Shown here one piece after another: positions 8,993-19,030 of a DNA stretch of 64,000 nucleotides (its first letter is position 1; every line of letters begins with the position of its first letter). The position numbers and the translations under genes were made by a program. The notes under the pieces are model-generated. The model saw nothing but the letters and a program-made list of their open reading frames with translations. It had not been told where the DNA came from and did not search any database. Source of the stretch: Terriglobia bacterium (GTDB lineage Bacteria; Acidobacteriota; Terriglobia; 20CM-2-55-15); contig CBDAOY010000006.1 in NCBI GenBank assembly GCA_965198225.1, forward strand, positions 160,001 through 224,000, written 5' to 3'.

Positions 8993-10723
8993 ATGCGGAT
9001 ATTAAGGAAGGACGAGATCGAGCCTGTATTCGAGGGCGCGACCGAGGGTGGCGAGGTTGTGCCGTTTGCGCCACGTTTGCGTCTGGTCCGGGGCGAGCGC
9101 TCGCCGGACCCGGATGATCTGGTCGAGCGATTGGAGCAACTCAATCAGGTCGGTGTCGCGCTCTCGGGGGAAACCGACATCGATCGGTTGCTGGAAACCA
9201 TCCTGGTTGCGGCGCAGACAACGACCAATGCCGACGGGGGGACGATCTACCGTGTCACCGAGGAGCGCACGCTCCAGTTCGAGATGTTGCGAACCGATTC
9301 GCTCGACATCGCGATGGGCGGGGCAACTGGTTCAGAGGTTCCGTTCGGCCCTCTACAACTGTACGACGGGGAAGGTCAGCCGATCCATTCGAATGTCGTG
9401 GCCTACGCCTACCACCACGACACTTCGCTCAACATCACGGACGCCTACACTGAAGAGGGTTTTGATTTCTCCGGTACCAGGGAGTTCGACCGGAAGACCG
9501 GCTATCGCTCGAAGTCTTTCCTGACCGTACCGATGAAGAACCACCAGAACGAGATCATCGGCGTCCTGCAGTTGCTGAACGCCACGGAACGGGCAACCGG
9601 TAGCGTCGTAGGATTCTCATCGGAGGACCAGCAACTAGCCGAGTCGCTGGCGTCACAGGCTGCGATCGCGCTCACCAATCGCCTGCTGATCACCCATCTG
9701 GAGAACCTGTTCGAGTCGTTCATAGACCTCGTCAACGGCGCAATCGACGACAAGTCACCATATACGGGCGCACATTGCGATCGCGTACCGCTGCTGACCA
9801 TGCTGCTGGCAGAAGCGGTCAACGACTGCAGCGTCGGACCGCTCCGAAGCTTCACGATGAGCGACAAGGACCGGCACGAGCTCAAGATCGCCGGACTCCT
9901 GCACGACTGCGGCAAGGTCACCACTCCGGTACACGTCGTCGACAAGGCAACCAAGCTGGAAACGATTCACGATCGCATCGCGACGATCGACACTCGTTTC
10001 GAAGTGATTCGACGGGACGCCGAAATCGCCATGCTTCAGGCAAAGCTCGACGCCCAGAGCGCCGGCAGAATCGAAACCGATTTCGTACAGCGTGTGCAGG
10101 AAATCGAAGAAGACCGCGAGTTCCTCCGTTTTTGCAACGTCGGCGGCGAGGCTATGAAGCCGGAACACGTTCAGAGAGTGAAAGACATCTCGGAGAAGTA
10201 CCGCTGGAGCGACCCCGAGGGCCGTCGGAGGGACTTCCTGACCGACGACGAGGTCCAGAACCTGACGATACGCCGCGGCACCTTGACCGACGCGGAGCGT
10301 CAGATCATCAACCGTCACATCGAGGTTACAAACCAGATGCTCGAGGCGCTGCCGTGGCCGAACCACCTCAAGAACGTGCCCGAGTACGCGGGCGGCCATC
10401 ACGAACGTATGGACGGCAAGGGTTATCCGCGCGGTCTGACTCGTGAACAGATGTCCGTACAGGCCCGGTGCATGGGGATCGCCGACATCTTCGAGGCCCT
10501 CACCGCCGCGGATCGGCCCTATAAGAAAGCCAAGACCCTGTCGGAATCGCTCGAGATTCTGGGCAGGCTGAAACTCGACGGGCATATCGACCCGGATCTG
10601 TTCGACGTGTTCGTGTGGGAAAAAGTCTACCTGAAGTATGCCAGGCAGTACTTGGACTCCGACCAGATCGACGATGTGGATCTCTCAAAGATTCCCGGCT
10701 ACGTGCCCCCGCCTTCCGCCTGA
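8993..10723 (+). CDS. GAF + HD-GYP phosphodiesterase
   Basis: GAF region (SFLTVPMKN, VLQLLN); LLHDCGK; HHERMDGKGYP; ADIFEALT. Confidence 0.9.
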   Translation: MRILRKDEIEPVFEGATEGGEVVPFAPRLRLVRGERSPDPDDLVERLEQLNQVGVALSGETDIDRLLETILVAAQTTTNADGGTIYRVTEERTLQFEMLRTDSLDIAMGGATGSEVPFGPLQLYDGEGQPIHSNVVAYAYHHDTSLNITDAYTEEGFDFSGTREFDRKTGYRSKSFLTVPMKNHQNEIIGVLQLLNATERATGSVVGFSSEDQQLAESLASQAAIALTNRLLITHLENLFESFIDLVNGAIDDKSPYTGAHCDRVPLLTMLLAEAVNDCSVGPLRSFTMSDKDRHELKIAGLLHDCGKVTTPVHVVDKATKLETIHDRIATIDTRFEVIRRDAEIAMLQAKLDAQSAGRIETDFVQRVQEIEEDREFLRFCNVGGEAMKPEHVQRVKDISEKYRWSDPEGRRRDFLTDDEVQNLTIRRGTLTDAERQIINRHIEVTNQMLEALPWPNHLKNVPEYAGGHHERMDGKGYPRGLTREQMSVQARCMGIADIFEALTAADRPYKKAKTLSESLEILGRLKLDGHIDPDLFDVFVWEKVYLKYARQYLDSDQIDDVDLSKIPGYVPPPSA

Positions 10724-10725
10724 AG

Positions 10726-10832
10726 TATCGGCGATCAGCTCTCGGCAATCAGCTTTTGAGAACCGGTAGTGCTCCGCAGACCTGTACTGGCCTGCCTGGC
10801 TGAAAGCTGAAGGCTGAACGCTGACCGGCTAA
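10726..10832. repeat. Heptamer-periodic imperfect hairpin between convergent genes
   Basis: atcggcgatcagctctcggcaatcagc ... gctgaaagctgaaggctgaacgctgaccggct. Confidence 0.55.
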
Positions 10833-10833
10833 T

Positions 10834-11265
10834 TCACCGGCCAGTGATGTAGTTGATCAGCTCGTGGATGTGGAATTCGTTGTCTTCGACGATGCCCCGC
10901 ACCACGTCGCCGATCGAGATCACGCCGACGACTTTCTCGTCGACCACCACCGGCAGATGACGGACCCGTTTGTCGGTCATGAGGGCCATCGCCTCCTCGA
11001 TCGTGAGCTCGGGACGAGCGCAGATGACCGGAAAGGACATGATCTCGCGAACCTGGATTTCCCGCGACGCCTTCCCCTGCAGAATCACCTTGCGAGCGTA
11101 GTCACGCTCGGAAACGATGCCGACGAGCCGCTCGGCCTCCATGACCAGCAGCGCTCCGACACCCCTCTTCGCCATCTGATCGATCGCCTCGTAGACCGTG
11201 GCGTCCGGGGTCAGGGACCAGATTTCCCGACCCTTGTCGTTCAGGAGATGGGAGATCAGCTTCAT
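10834..11265 (-). CDS. CBS domain protein
   Basis: Tandem CBS pair: GIVSERDYARK, RHLPV, ISIGDVV. Confidence 0.9.
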   Translation of the reverse strand: MKLISHLLNDKGREIWSLTPDATVYEAIDQMAKRGVGALLVMEAERLVGIVSERDYARKVILQGKASREIQVREIMSFPVICARPELTIEEAMALMTDKRVRHLPVVVDEKVVGVISIGDVVRGIVEDNEFHIHELINYITGR

Positions 11266-11332
11266 GGAAACCTGCCTCGTCAGGGAGTTGCGGCTATGAG
11301 GTTAGCATTCACTCAGATTCCCGGCCAATGAC

Positions 11333-11548
11333 AAATCGAGCAATTTCCAACCTCCAACTTCCGATCCGGACTTGTACATTAATAAACCTGCGATAGATGG
11401 ACTCGTCTGTCCTATCGCACATCGCGATATCTGAACAATCCACATTGCAGGTTGCTCATTGGAAATTGCTTCATTTCAGATCTATTTCTTGGCCGAAACT
11501 CCGGCCAATTACGAATCGGGCATTTTCCGATCTCCGATTTCGAATGCG
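11333..11548 (-). repeat. TTG-periodic hairpin repeat family, about 1.5 copies in reverse orientation
   Basis: Reverse complement of the arms at 19399-19543, 26848-27023 and 43122-43280. Confidence 0.75.
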
Positions 11549-11760
11549 GCCGGACCTTTGGGTTCCACGGAGGCCGCAAAGCGTTGTAGACTATCCGCGC
11601 GTTTCCGCACAAAAGACCAAAACCCCGGTCGGACTACTGGAAAGGGACCAACAGAAATCATGAGAAGGTTGTCGCTCGGCAACGTTGTCGACTGGACCAG
11701 AGCTCGAAGTCACGCGGTCCACTACTGCGAGATTCACATCTCCGGCAATCAACCCGGCTA

Positions 11761-12294
11761 ATGACCTTGCTTACCGCAACCTTCTATTACCTGGCGGCCG
11801 CCAGTGTCGCAAGCGCCCTCCTCGCCGTTACACGCAAGAACCCGGTCCACAGCATGCTCTGGGTTCTGGCTCTCTTCCTGCACGTGGCGGGCATCTTCCT
11901 GCTTCTGAGTGCGGAGTTCCTTGCAGCAGTCCAGGTCATCGTGTACGCGGGCGCGATCCTGGTTTTCTACCTCTTTGTCCTGATGCTGCTCGACCTTCCC
12001 GGCGAGGAGGCGCGAACACCCTTCGGCGCCCACTGGCCGTTCGCCGCCTTGGCGGGCCTTTCTTTCGCCGTCCTGGCCTGGCTCTCGCAAGTCGAAAGCA
12101 TCGACCCGATTGCGGCCGGGGTCGCACCGCCCGCAGCCGCTACGGAGGGAGGTGCGCCTCTGGGAAGTCTGGCGGACGTGGGTATGGCACTCTTCGGTCC
12201 TTTCGCTCTACCTTTCGAAATGGCCTCGCTGATACTCCTGGCCGCGATCGTGGGCGCGGTCGTGCTCGCAAGGAAGAGGACTACAGAAGCATGA
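11761..12294 (+). CDS. nuoJ: NADH-quinone oxidoreductase subunit J
   Basis: KNPVHS, AEFLAAVQVIVYAGAI, LPFEMASLILL. Confidence 0.92.
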   Translation: MTLLTATFYYLAAASVASALLAVTRKNPVHSMLWVLALFLHVAGIFLLLSAEFLAAVQVIVYAGAILVFYLFVLMLLDLPGEEARTPFGAHWPFAALAGLSFAVLAWLSQVESIDPIAAGVAPPAAATEGGAPLGSLADVGMALFGPFALPFEMASLILLAAIVGAVVLARKRTTEA

Positions 12295-12596
12295 TTGTTC
12301 CGCTGGGTACGATCGTGGGATTGAGCGCTATCCTCTTCGGGATCGGTGTGTTCGGTTTCCTGGCACGGCGCAACATCATCCTGATGTTCGTCTCTGTCGA
12401 GATCATGCTCAATGCGGTTAACCTCAGCCTGGCCGGCTTCAGCCGGTACTTCGAAGATCCGCGGGGGCAGGTCCTGGCCCTTTTCGTGATCGCCGTCGCG
12501 GCCGCGGAGGCAGGGGTGGGGCTGGGGCTCGTGATTGCTTTGAACCGGAACCAGCCCGGAGCCGGCGTGGCGGACCTGACCAAGCTCAAATGGTGA
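12291..12596 (+). CDS. nuoK: NADH-quinone oxidoreductase subunit K
   Basis: ATG overlaps the nuoJ stop; RRNII, EIMLNAVN, AAAEAGVG. Confidence 0.92.
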   Translation: MIVPLGTIVGLSAILFGIGVFGFLARRNIILMFVSVEIMLNAVNLSLAGFSRYFEDPRGQVLALFVIAVAAAEAGVGLGLVIALNRNQPGAGVADLTKLKW

Positions 12597-14056
12597 ATTC
12601 TTCCGTCATCCCCCTTCTCGCGGTACTCGCCCCGGCCCTGGGCGCGCTCCTGATCGCATTTACTGGCGAGCGTCGCGCCAACCTGAGGGAGTTCTGGTCC
12701 GTGGCGGCCGGTGTTGTGATGTTCGCTCTGGTCGCCGCCATGATTCCGGAGGCGCTGGCCGGCCGAACGCCGGGCCTTGTGCTCTTTCGGATCCTCCCGG
12801 GGGTCGAACTCGCCTTCCGGGTGGACGCATTCGGTCTGCTCTTTGCCTCGGGGGCATCGCTGCTCTGGGTCCTGACTTCGTTCTACTCGATCGGCTACAT
12901 GCGTTCGCTCAAAGAGCACGCGCAGACGCGCTACTTTGCCTGTTTCGCCCTGGCCCTTTCCGCGACCATCGGCGTCGCGTTCTCGGCGAACCTTTTCACG
13001 CTGTTTCTGTTCTATGAAGGCCTGACGCTGGTGACCTACCCTCTCGTGGGTCATAAGGAGACTGCCGAGGCCCGTGCGGGGGCCCGCAAGTACGTCATCT
13101 ATCTTCTTGGTGCGGCGAAGGTGTTCCTGATCGCCGCGATCATCCTCACTTACAACGTAGCCGGAACTCTGGACTTCAAGAGCGGCGGCATCCTGCCGGC
13201 CAGCCAGATCGCGGAGCAGTCCACGCTTCTCTTCATGATCTTTGCTCTCTTCCTGTTCGGATTCGCCAAGAACGCGCTCATGCCGCTGCACAGCTGGCTT
13301 CCGGCGGCCATGGTGGCGCCCACGCCCGTGAGCGCGTTGCTGCACGCCGTTGCCGTAGTCAAGACCGGGGTCTTCTCCACGCTCCGGGTTTTCCTGTTTG
13401 TCTTCGGAGCGGACGCCATGCGCCAACTGGGAGCGGACCACCTGGCACTGGGGGCCGCGTCGGTAACGATCCTGGTCGCCTCGCTCCTCGCCCTGGGCCA
13501 GGACAACCTCAAAGCCCGGCTGGCTTTTTCGACGGTGAGCCAGCTCTCCTACATCATCCTGGGAGCGGCGCTCCTGAACGCCAGCGGGGTGCTGGGCGGC
13601 GTTGCCCATATTACGAACCACGCCGTGTCGAAGATCACGCTCTTCTTGTGCGCAGGCTCGATCTACGTGTCGACGCACAAGACTGAAATCAGCCAGATGT
13701 CCGGCCTGGCGCGGCGCATGCCTTGGACCATGGCTGCGTTCTCGCTCGCGTCGCTGAGCATCGTGGGCATTCCCCTCACTAGCGGCTTCGTATCCAAGTG
13801 GTATCTGGTCCTCGGCGCGGTGGAAAGCCAGACCCTCGTCCTGTTGGGCGTCCTGTTGGCCAGCTCGCTGCTGAGTGCGGCCTACCTCGGCCCGATCGTC
13901 TACCAGGCTTACTTCGGCGAGGAATCGCCGTCCGGCGAGGAGGTTCGCGAAGTTCCATGGATGGTCGCGCCCCTGGCCATCAGCGCGGCAGCCAGCCTGC
14001 TGCTGGGCCTCTTCCCTGCTCCTGTCCTCGAACTCGCCGGAAGGGTGATCCCGTGA
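12590..14056 (+). CDS. MrpD-like antiporter subunit in the NuoL position
   Basis: About 14 TM; FYEG, FAKNALMPLHSWLP, PTPVSALLHAVAVVK, LKARLAFST, GFVSKW. Confidence 0.85.
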   Translation: MVNSSVIPLLAVLAPALGALLIAFTGERRANLREFWSVAAGVVMFALVAAMIPEALAGRTPGLVLFRILPGVELAFRVDAFGLLFASGASLLWVLTSFYSIGYMRSLKEHAQTRYFACFALALSATIGVAFSANLFTLFLFYEGLTLVTYPLVGHKETAEARAGARKYVIYLLGAAKVFLIAAIILTYNVAGTLDFKSGGILPASQIAEQSTLLFMIFALFLFGFAKNALMPLHSWLPAAMVAPTPVSALLHAVAVVKTGVFSTLRVFLFVFGADAMRQLGADHLALGAASVTILVASLLALGQDNLKARLAFSTVSQLSYIILGAALLNASGVLGGVAHITNHAVSKITLFLCAGSIYVSTHKTEISQMSGLARRMPWTMAAFSLASLSIVGIPLTSGFVSKWYLVLGAVESQTLVLLGVLLASSLLSAAYLGPIVYQAYFGEESPSGEEVREVPWMVAPLAISAAASLLLGLFPAPVLELAGRVIP

Positions 14057-14316
14057 ACTTCCTCGAGAGACATCTGGAAGATCCCGTTCGCTTCGCCCGG
14101 ATAAAGCGCGTGTTCTATATTGTCCTGGCTGTTGTGGCAGCGGCGGAAATCGTTCTGCCACTGATCTTCCACGGGAGCGAACACCACTTCTCGTTCGAGA
14201 GCTTTCCCGCCTGGGGTTCGGTCTACGGCCTGGTTTCCTGCGTTGCGATCATCGTCGTGTCCAAGCTGATAGGAAAGGTGTGGCTCATGCGCCGCGAGGA
14301 CTACTATGACCGCTAG
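14053..14316 (+). CDS. Small 2-TM membrane protein (87 aa) between the MrpD-like genes
   Basis: GTG overlaps the upstream TGA; two hydrophobic helices; C-terminal LMRREDYYD. Confidence 0.75.
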   Translation: MNFLERHLEDPVRFARIKRVFYIVLAVVAAAEIVLPLIFHGSEHHFSFESFPAWGSVYGLVSCVAIIVVSKLIGKVWLMRREDYYDR

Positions 14317-14328
14317 GCGGGTGCGTCC

Positions 14329-16095
14329 ATGAATCTGGAATGGGTACACCCGGGACTCCTGCTCATCCTGGGCGCGTGGATTCTGCCGCTTCTCAGGGGC
14401 CGGGTCAAGCGCGCGGCGATGCTCGCCCTTCCCGCCGCAGCCCTCATCGATTGCCTGCTAATGACACCCGGAACCTACGGAGTGGCGAGCTTCCTCGGTC
14501 AGGACGTCGTGTTCGGCAGGGTCGACAGCCTGAGCCTGGTCTTTTCCTACGTCTTTTCGCTGATGGCTTTCCTGGGAATGGTTTACGCCCTCCATGTGGA
14601 AGACGATTCCCAGCACGTGGCCGCCCTGACCTACGCGGGGGGTGCGCTGGGGGTGACGTTCGCCGGAGACTTCCTCTCCTTCTACGTTTTCTGGGAGCTC
14701 ATGGCGATTTCATCGGCGCTGCTGGTGTGGCTGCGCCGCGAACCGGGCGCTACGGCGGCCGGGTTCCGGTACCTTCTGGTCCACCTGGTGGGCGGGCTCA
14801 TCCTCCTGGCGGGAATCGTGCTTCACTGGTCCCAGACCGGCTCACTTTCCTTCGGAGACATGGGAGCGTTTTCCGGAAGCATGGCATGGGCCCTGATCCT
14901 CGTCGCCTTTCTGCTGAACGCCGCGGTTCCGCCCCTCGGCGCATGGCTTCCCGACGCCTACCCCGAAGCCACCGTCACGGGCGCGGTTTTCATGACCGCT
15001 TTCACGACGAAGTCCGCCGTCTACGCACTGATCCGCGGTTTCGCCGGTACGGAAATCCTGGTGTGGCTGGGGGCGATCATGGCCATCTACGGCGTGGTTT
15101 ACGCCGTGTTGGAAAACGACGCGCGGCGGCTGCTCGCCTACCACATCGTCAGCCAGGTCGGCTACATGGTCTGCGGGGTGGGAATCGGCACAGCCCTGGC
15201 CCTGAACGGCGCCTCGGCCCACGCCTTCGCTCACATCATTTACAAGGCGCTTCTATTCATGGGAGCCGGCGCCGTCCTCGAGATGACGGGTTTCAGAAAG
15301 CTGAACGAAATGGGCGGACTCTACAAGACCATGCCGGTCACGCTCGGCCTCTACATGATCGGCGCCTTCGCCATCTCGGCCGTACCCCTGTTCAGCGGAT
15401 TCGTGAGCAAGTCCATGGTGGTTTCCGCCGCCGGCGAAGAACACCTGGCGGCGATCTTTCTCATGCTGACCCTCGCCTCGGCCGGGACTTTCCTTCACAC
15501 CGGTCTCAAGCTTCCTTATTACATGTTCTTCGGCAAGGATTCGGGTACGCGCGCCGCAGAGCCGCCCAGGAACATGCTCGTGGCCATGGGGCTTGCCGCG
15601 GCTGCGTGTGTGTTGATCGGCGTTTTCCCGGGACTCCTGTACCCGCATCTTCCGTACCCGGCGGATTACCTTCCGTATACCCTTGCCCACGTGACGAACA
15701 CGCTCGGGATCCTGGCCTTCACGGCGCTGGGATTCTTCCTTCTGCTGAAGCACCTGGACCCGGAACCCAAGATCAGCCTCGACACGGACTGGTTCTACCG
15801 TCGGGGTTCGGCCGGCTTCTTGAAGCTTGTCCAGAGTCCTCTGACGCGTCTCGAGTACGGCTTCGTCGGAGAGATCTATGAGTTTGTGATACGTCGTCCC
15901 GTCTTGAGTGCGGCGAGCGTCCTGCGCAAGTTCGACACCCTCGTTGTCGATTCGGCGGCACTGGGCGTGGGCCGTTCGAGCCAATCCTTGAGCCAGATCC
16001 TGAGGAGGGTGGTGAGCGGCCACACGCAGCAGTACGGGCTGCTCATGGCGGCCGGCATCCTCGCGCTCCTGGTCCTGGCGGTGCTCGCGCGATGA
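14329..16095 (+). CDS. Na+/H+ antiporter subunit D-like protein with NuoL-like C-terminal helix and TM
   Basis: FWELM, LLNAAVPPLGAWLPDAY, RRLLAYHIVSQVGY, HAFAHIIYKALLF; tail DTDWFY ... SGHTQQYGLLMAAG. Confidence 0.85.
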   Translation: MNLEWVHPGLLLILGAWILPLLRGRVKRAAMLALPAAALIDCLLMTPGTYGVASFLGQDVVFGRVDSLSLVFSYVFSLMAFLGMVYALHVEDDSQHVAALTYAGGALGVTFAGDFLSFYVFWELMAISSALLVWLRREPGATAAGFRYLLVHLVGGLILLAGIVLHWSQTGSLSFGDMGAFSGSMAWALILVAFLLNAAVPPLGAWLPDAYPEATVTGAVFMTAFTTKSAVYALIRGFAGTEILVWLGAIMAIYGVVYAVLENDARRLLAYHIVSQVGYMVCGVGIGTALALNGASAHAFAHIIYKALLFMGAGAVLEMTGFRKLNEMGGLYKTMPVTLGLYMIGAFAISAVPLFSGFVSKSMVVSAAGEEHLAAIFLMLTLASAGTFLHTGLKLPYYMFFGKDSGTRAAEPPRNMLVAMGLAAAACVLIGVFPGLLYPHLPYPADYLPYTLAHVTNTLGILAFTALGFFLLLKHLDPEPKISLDTDWFYRRGSAGFLKLVQSPLTRLEYGFVGEIYEFVIRRPVLSAASVLRKFDTLVVDSAALGVGRSSQSLSQILRRVVSGHTQQYGLLMAAGILALLVLAVLAR

Positions 16096-17558
16096 CTGGC
16101 TATCCCATCCTGACGGCGACCACGTTCCTGCCCCTTGTGGGTGCGGTGTTGATCCTTTTCCTCGGCAGTGATCGGCTTGCGCGCTGGATCGCGCTGGCCA
16201 CGACTCTGGCGACTCTGGCGATTTCGGGCCCGCTCTATCTGAACTTCGACAAGAGCTCGAGCGCGCTGCAGTTCGTCGAGTCTGCGGACTGGATCCCGGC
16301 GTGGAACATCGCCTACAGCATGGGCGTGGACGGCATCAGCCTGCCGTTCATCTTCCTGGCCTCGGTCTTGAGCGTCCTGTGCGTCAGCGTCTCGTGGACT
16401 GCGGTTGGGACGCGAGTGCGCGAGTTCTATTCCGCGCTCCTGGTGGCGGAGACCGCGATGATCGGCCTTTTTGCCGCATCGAATCTGTTCCTCTTCTACA
16501 TATTCTGGGAACTCATCCTCGTTCCGATCTTTCTAATGATCGGTGTCTGGGGAGGTCCGACGCGCATCTACGCGGCGGTCAAGTTTCTGATGTTCACCCT
16601 GGCCGGCAGCGTCCTGATGCTCGTGGGTCTGATCGCCCTCTACCAGACCTTCGGCACGCTGGACTTCAAGGCTCTTGCCTCGGCGAGCGGGGACCTCGAT
16701 TCCACACACCAGTCCTGGCTCTTCGCGGCATTCCTGGCCGCCTTCGCGGTCAAAGTACCGATGTTCCCCGTACATACGTGGCTCCCGGACGCCCACACCG
16801 AGGCGCCCACGGCGGGTAGCGTTATTCTGGCCGGGATCCTCCTCAAGATGGGGGCCTACGGTTTCCTGCGTGTTTCGCTTCCCATACTTCCAGACGCTGT
16901 GCAGCTTTTCGCGACGCCCATGCTGATCGTCTCCGCGGTCGCCATCGTCTACGGCGCGTACGTGACCCTGGTTCAGACCGACGTCAAGCGCCTCATCGCC
17001 TACTCGAGCGTCAGCCACATGGGTTTCGTCACTCTGGGCATCTTCACTCTCGACGGCAACGGGGTCGAGGGCGCCCTCCTGCAGATGATCAACCACGGCA
17101 TCCTCAGCGCGGCGCTCTTCCTGTGCGTCGGGATGATCTACGAACGCACGCATACCCGCGAGATCAAGGACTACGGCGGCGTCGCCAGAACCGCGCCGGT
17201 CTACTCCACCCTGCTGGCACTGTTCTGTCTGGCCGCCGCAGGGTTCCCGGGTTTGAATTCGTTCGTCGGAGAGTTCCTCATCATCGGCGGCGCCTTCAGG
17301 ACCCAGCCCTGGCTCGGAGCCATGGCCGTCTGGGGTGTCGCCCTTGGAACCGCCTACCTGGTATGGCTCTACTACCGGGTCGTCATGGGCGAGATCAACC
17401 CGGGTCTTGATGGACTCAAGCTCGAGCTCAACGCGCGTGAGGTGGCAACGCTGGCTCCGCTGGCCCTGCTGGCGTTGGGCCTCGGCCTCTACCCCGAGTT
17501 GGTGCTCTCCTATCTTCATGTTCCCGTGGCGGAGCTGCTCGCCGGGGTCACGCCGTGA
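16092..17558 (+). CDS. nuoM: NADH-quinone oxidoreductase subunit M
   Basis: GVDGIS, FWE, KVPMFPVHTWLPDAHTEAPT, LLKMG, FVGEF. Confidence 0.92.
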   Translation: MTGYPILTATTFLPLVGAVLILFLGSDRLARWIALATTLATLAISGPLYLNFDKSSSALQFVESADWIPAWNIAYSMGVDGISLPFIFLASVLSVLCVSVSWTAVGTRVREFYSALLVAETAMIGLFAASNLFLFYIFWELILVPIFLMIGVWGGPTRIYAAVKFLMFTLAGSVLMLVGLIALYQTFGTLDFKALASASGDLDSTHQSWLFAAFLAAFAVKVPMFPVHTWLPDAHTEAPTAGSVILAGILLKMGAYGFLRVSLPILPDAVQLFATPMLIVSAVAIVYGAYVTLVQTDVKRLIAYSSVSHMGFVTLGIFTLDGNGVEGALLQMINHGILSAALFLCVGMIYERTHTREIKDYGGVARTAPVYSTLLALFCLAAAGFPGLNSFVGEFLIIGGAFRTQPWLGAMAVWGVALGTAYLVWLYYRVVMGEINPGLDGLKLELNAREVATLAPLALLALGLGLYPELVLSYLHVPVAELLAGVTP

Positions 17559-18976
17559 AGGGTGCAACCGTCGCCGACCTCGCCCTGCTCGTGCCCGAGT
17601 TGATTCTTGTCGGGATGGCCCTCGTACTGATTCTTGTGGCGCGTCGAGTCCAGACAACGCCGGTCGCCGCAGTGGGCACTGTGATCGCGGCGCTGGGGGC
17701 AGCCGTGGCCTCCGCGTGGATGTTGTCCGGCGACACCGTTACCGGCTTTGGGGGCATGATCACCCTCGACGGGTACTCCCAATTCTTCAAGGTCCTTATC
17801 GCCGCCACTCTGGCGCTGGCCGCGCTTCTTTCGGTACGGAGCCTCGACGGAGATCAGATCCCGCGTGGGGAGTACCACGCCCTGTTGCTGTTGGGCGCGA
17901 CGGGAATGATGCTCGCGGTGTCGGCTCTCGATCTACTGACTCTCTACCTGGGCCTGGAGCTCATGACGCTCTGCTCCTACATCCTGGTCGGGATTCGGGT
18001 GGACCGACCGGCGTCGAACGAGGCTGCAATCAAATATTTCCTCCTCGCTTCCTTCGCCTCGGCCGTGCTTCTCTACGGGATCGCCCTGACCTACGGCGTC
18101 ACCGGCGCTACGGACTTTGCAGCCATAGCCGTGGCCATTTCCGAGGGCGGGATGGGCGGCAACCCGATACTCCTGATAGCAGTAGGGCTGGTGACGGCCG
18201 GGCTCGCCTTCAAGATTGCGGCAGTACCGTTCCATTCCTGGGCGCCGGATGCTTACCAGGGTGCGAGCGCACCGGTGGCGGCTTTTCTGGCTGCCGGTTC
18301 CAAGGCGGCCGGCCTGGCGGCACTGGGACGGGTCGGCCTGATCGCCTTCGGAGCGGAAGCCCGCGTCCTGTCCATGGTCCTGATCGGGCTCGCGGCCCTA
18401 TCGATCGTCGTGGGTAGCTTCCTCGCGCTGTCCCAGACCGACATGAAGCGGCTACTCGCATATTCTTCGATCACTCATGCGGGCTACGCTCTGCTGGGTC
18501 TGATCGCCGGAACTCCGGAGGGAGTTTCGGCGACGATGACCTACACCTTCTTCTATGTCTTCATGACGCTCGGGGCTTTTGGAGTGGTCATCGCTCTGGG
18601 CGAGCGGGGCGAGAAACTGGACGGCTACCAGGGACTGGCAGCCCAGCGGCCAGGCACATCCCTGCTCATGCTCCTGTTCCTGCTGTCCCTGACCGGCATC
18701 CCTCCGACGGCCGGGTTCGTGGCCAAGTTCGTCGTGATCCTCAGCGCGGTCCGTGCGGGCCATACGGCGCTGGCGGTCCTGGCCGTGGCCTGCAGCGTGG
18801 TGACCGCGTTCGTGTACTTGCGGGTGGCCGTCCTCATGTACATGAGAGAGCCGGAGGAACCGGCACCTTCGCGTTTACCGGTCGCCATATCCGCAGCCCT
18901 TGCAGTGGCCGCGCTAGTCACTCTAGCCGGGGGCATTTCCCCGGGCAGCTTCGTGCCGTGGGCGGTGTCACCCTGA
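17555..18976 (+). CDS. nuoN: NADH-quinone oxidoreductase subunit N
   Basis: GLELM, EAAIKYF, FKIAAVPFHSWAPDAYQG, KRLLAYSSI, GFVAKF. Confidence 0.92.
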   Translation: MKGATVADLALLVPELILVGMALVLILVARRVQTTPVAAVGTVIAALGAAVASAWMLSGDTVTGFGGMITLDGYSQFFKVLIAATLALAALLSVRSLDGDQIPRGEYHALLLLGATGMMLAVSALDLLTLYLGLELMTLCSYILVGIRVDRPASNEAAIKYFLLASFASAVLLYGIALTYGVTGATDFAAIAVAISEGGMGGNPILLIAVGLVTAGLAFKIAAVPFHSWAPDAYQGASAPVAAFLAAGSKAAGLAALGRVGLIAFGAEARVLSMVLIGLAALSIVVGSFLALSQTDMKRLLAYSSITHAGYALLGLIAGTPEGVSATMTYTFFYVFMTLGAFGVVIALGERGEKLDGYQGLAAQRPGTSLLMLLFLLSLTGIPPTAGFVAKFVVILSAVRAGHTALAVLAVACSVVTAFVYLRVAVLMYMREPEEPAPSRLPVAISAALAVAALVTLAGGISPGSFVPWAVSP

Positions 18977-19030
18977 TGCTTAACAATGTACAATGCTAGA
19001 TGTTATTTCTGACTCAGGACACTAAGACTC

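Noticed and set aside
12281-14161. 626-aa minus-strand ORF and similar long antisense ORFs (44912-46558, 38586-40049, 46769-48151, 61916-63127)
   Set aside because: Shadow frames of well-supported genes in GC-rich DNA; no family motifs.
12590-16095. Stand-alone Mrp antiporter operon
   Set aside because: No mrpB/C/E/F/G; the genes overlap nuoK and nuoM.
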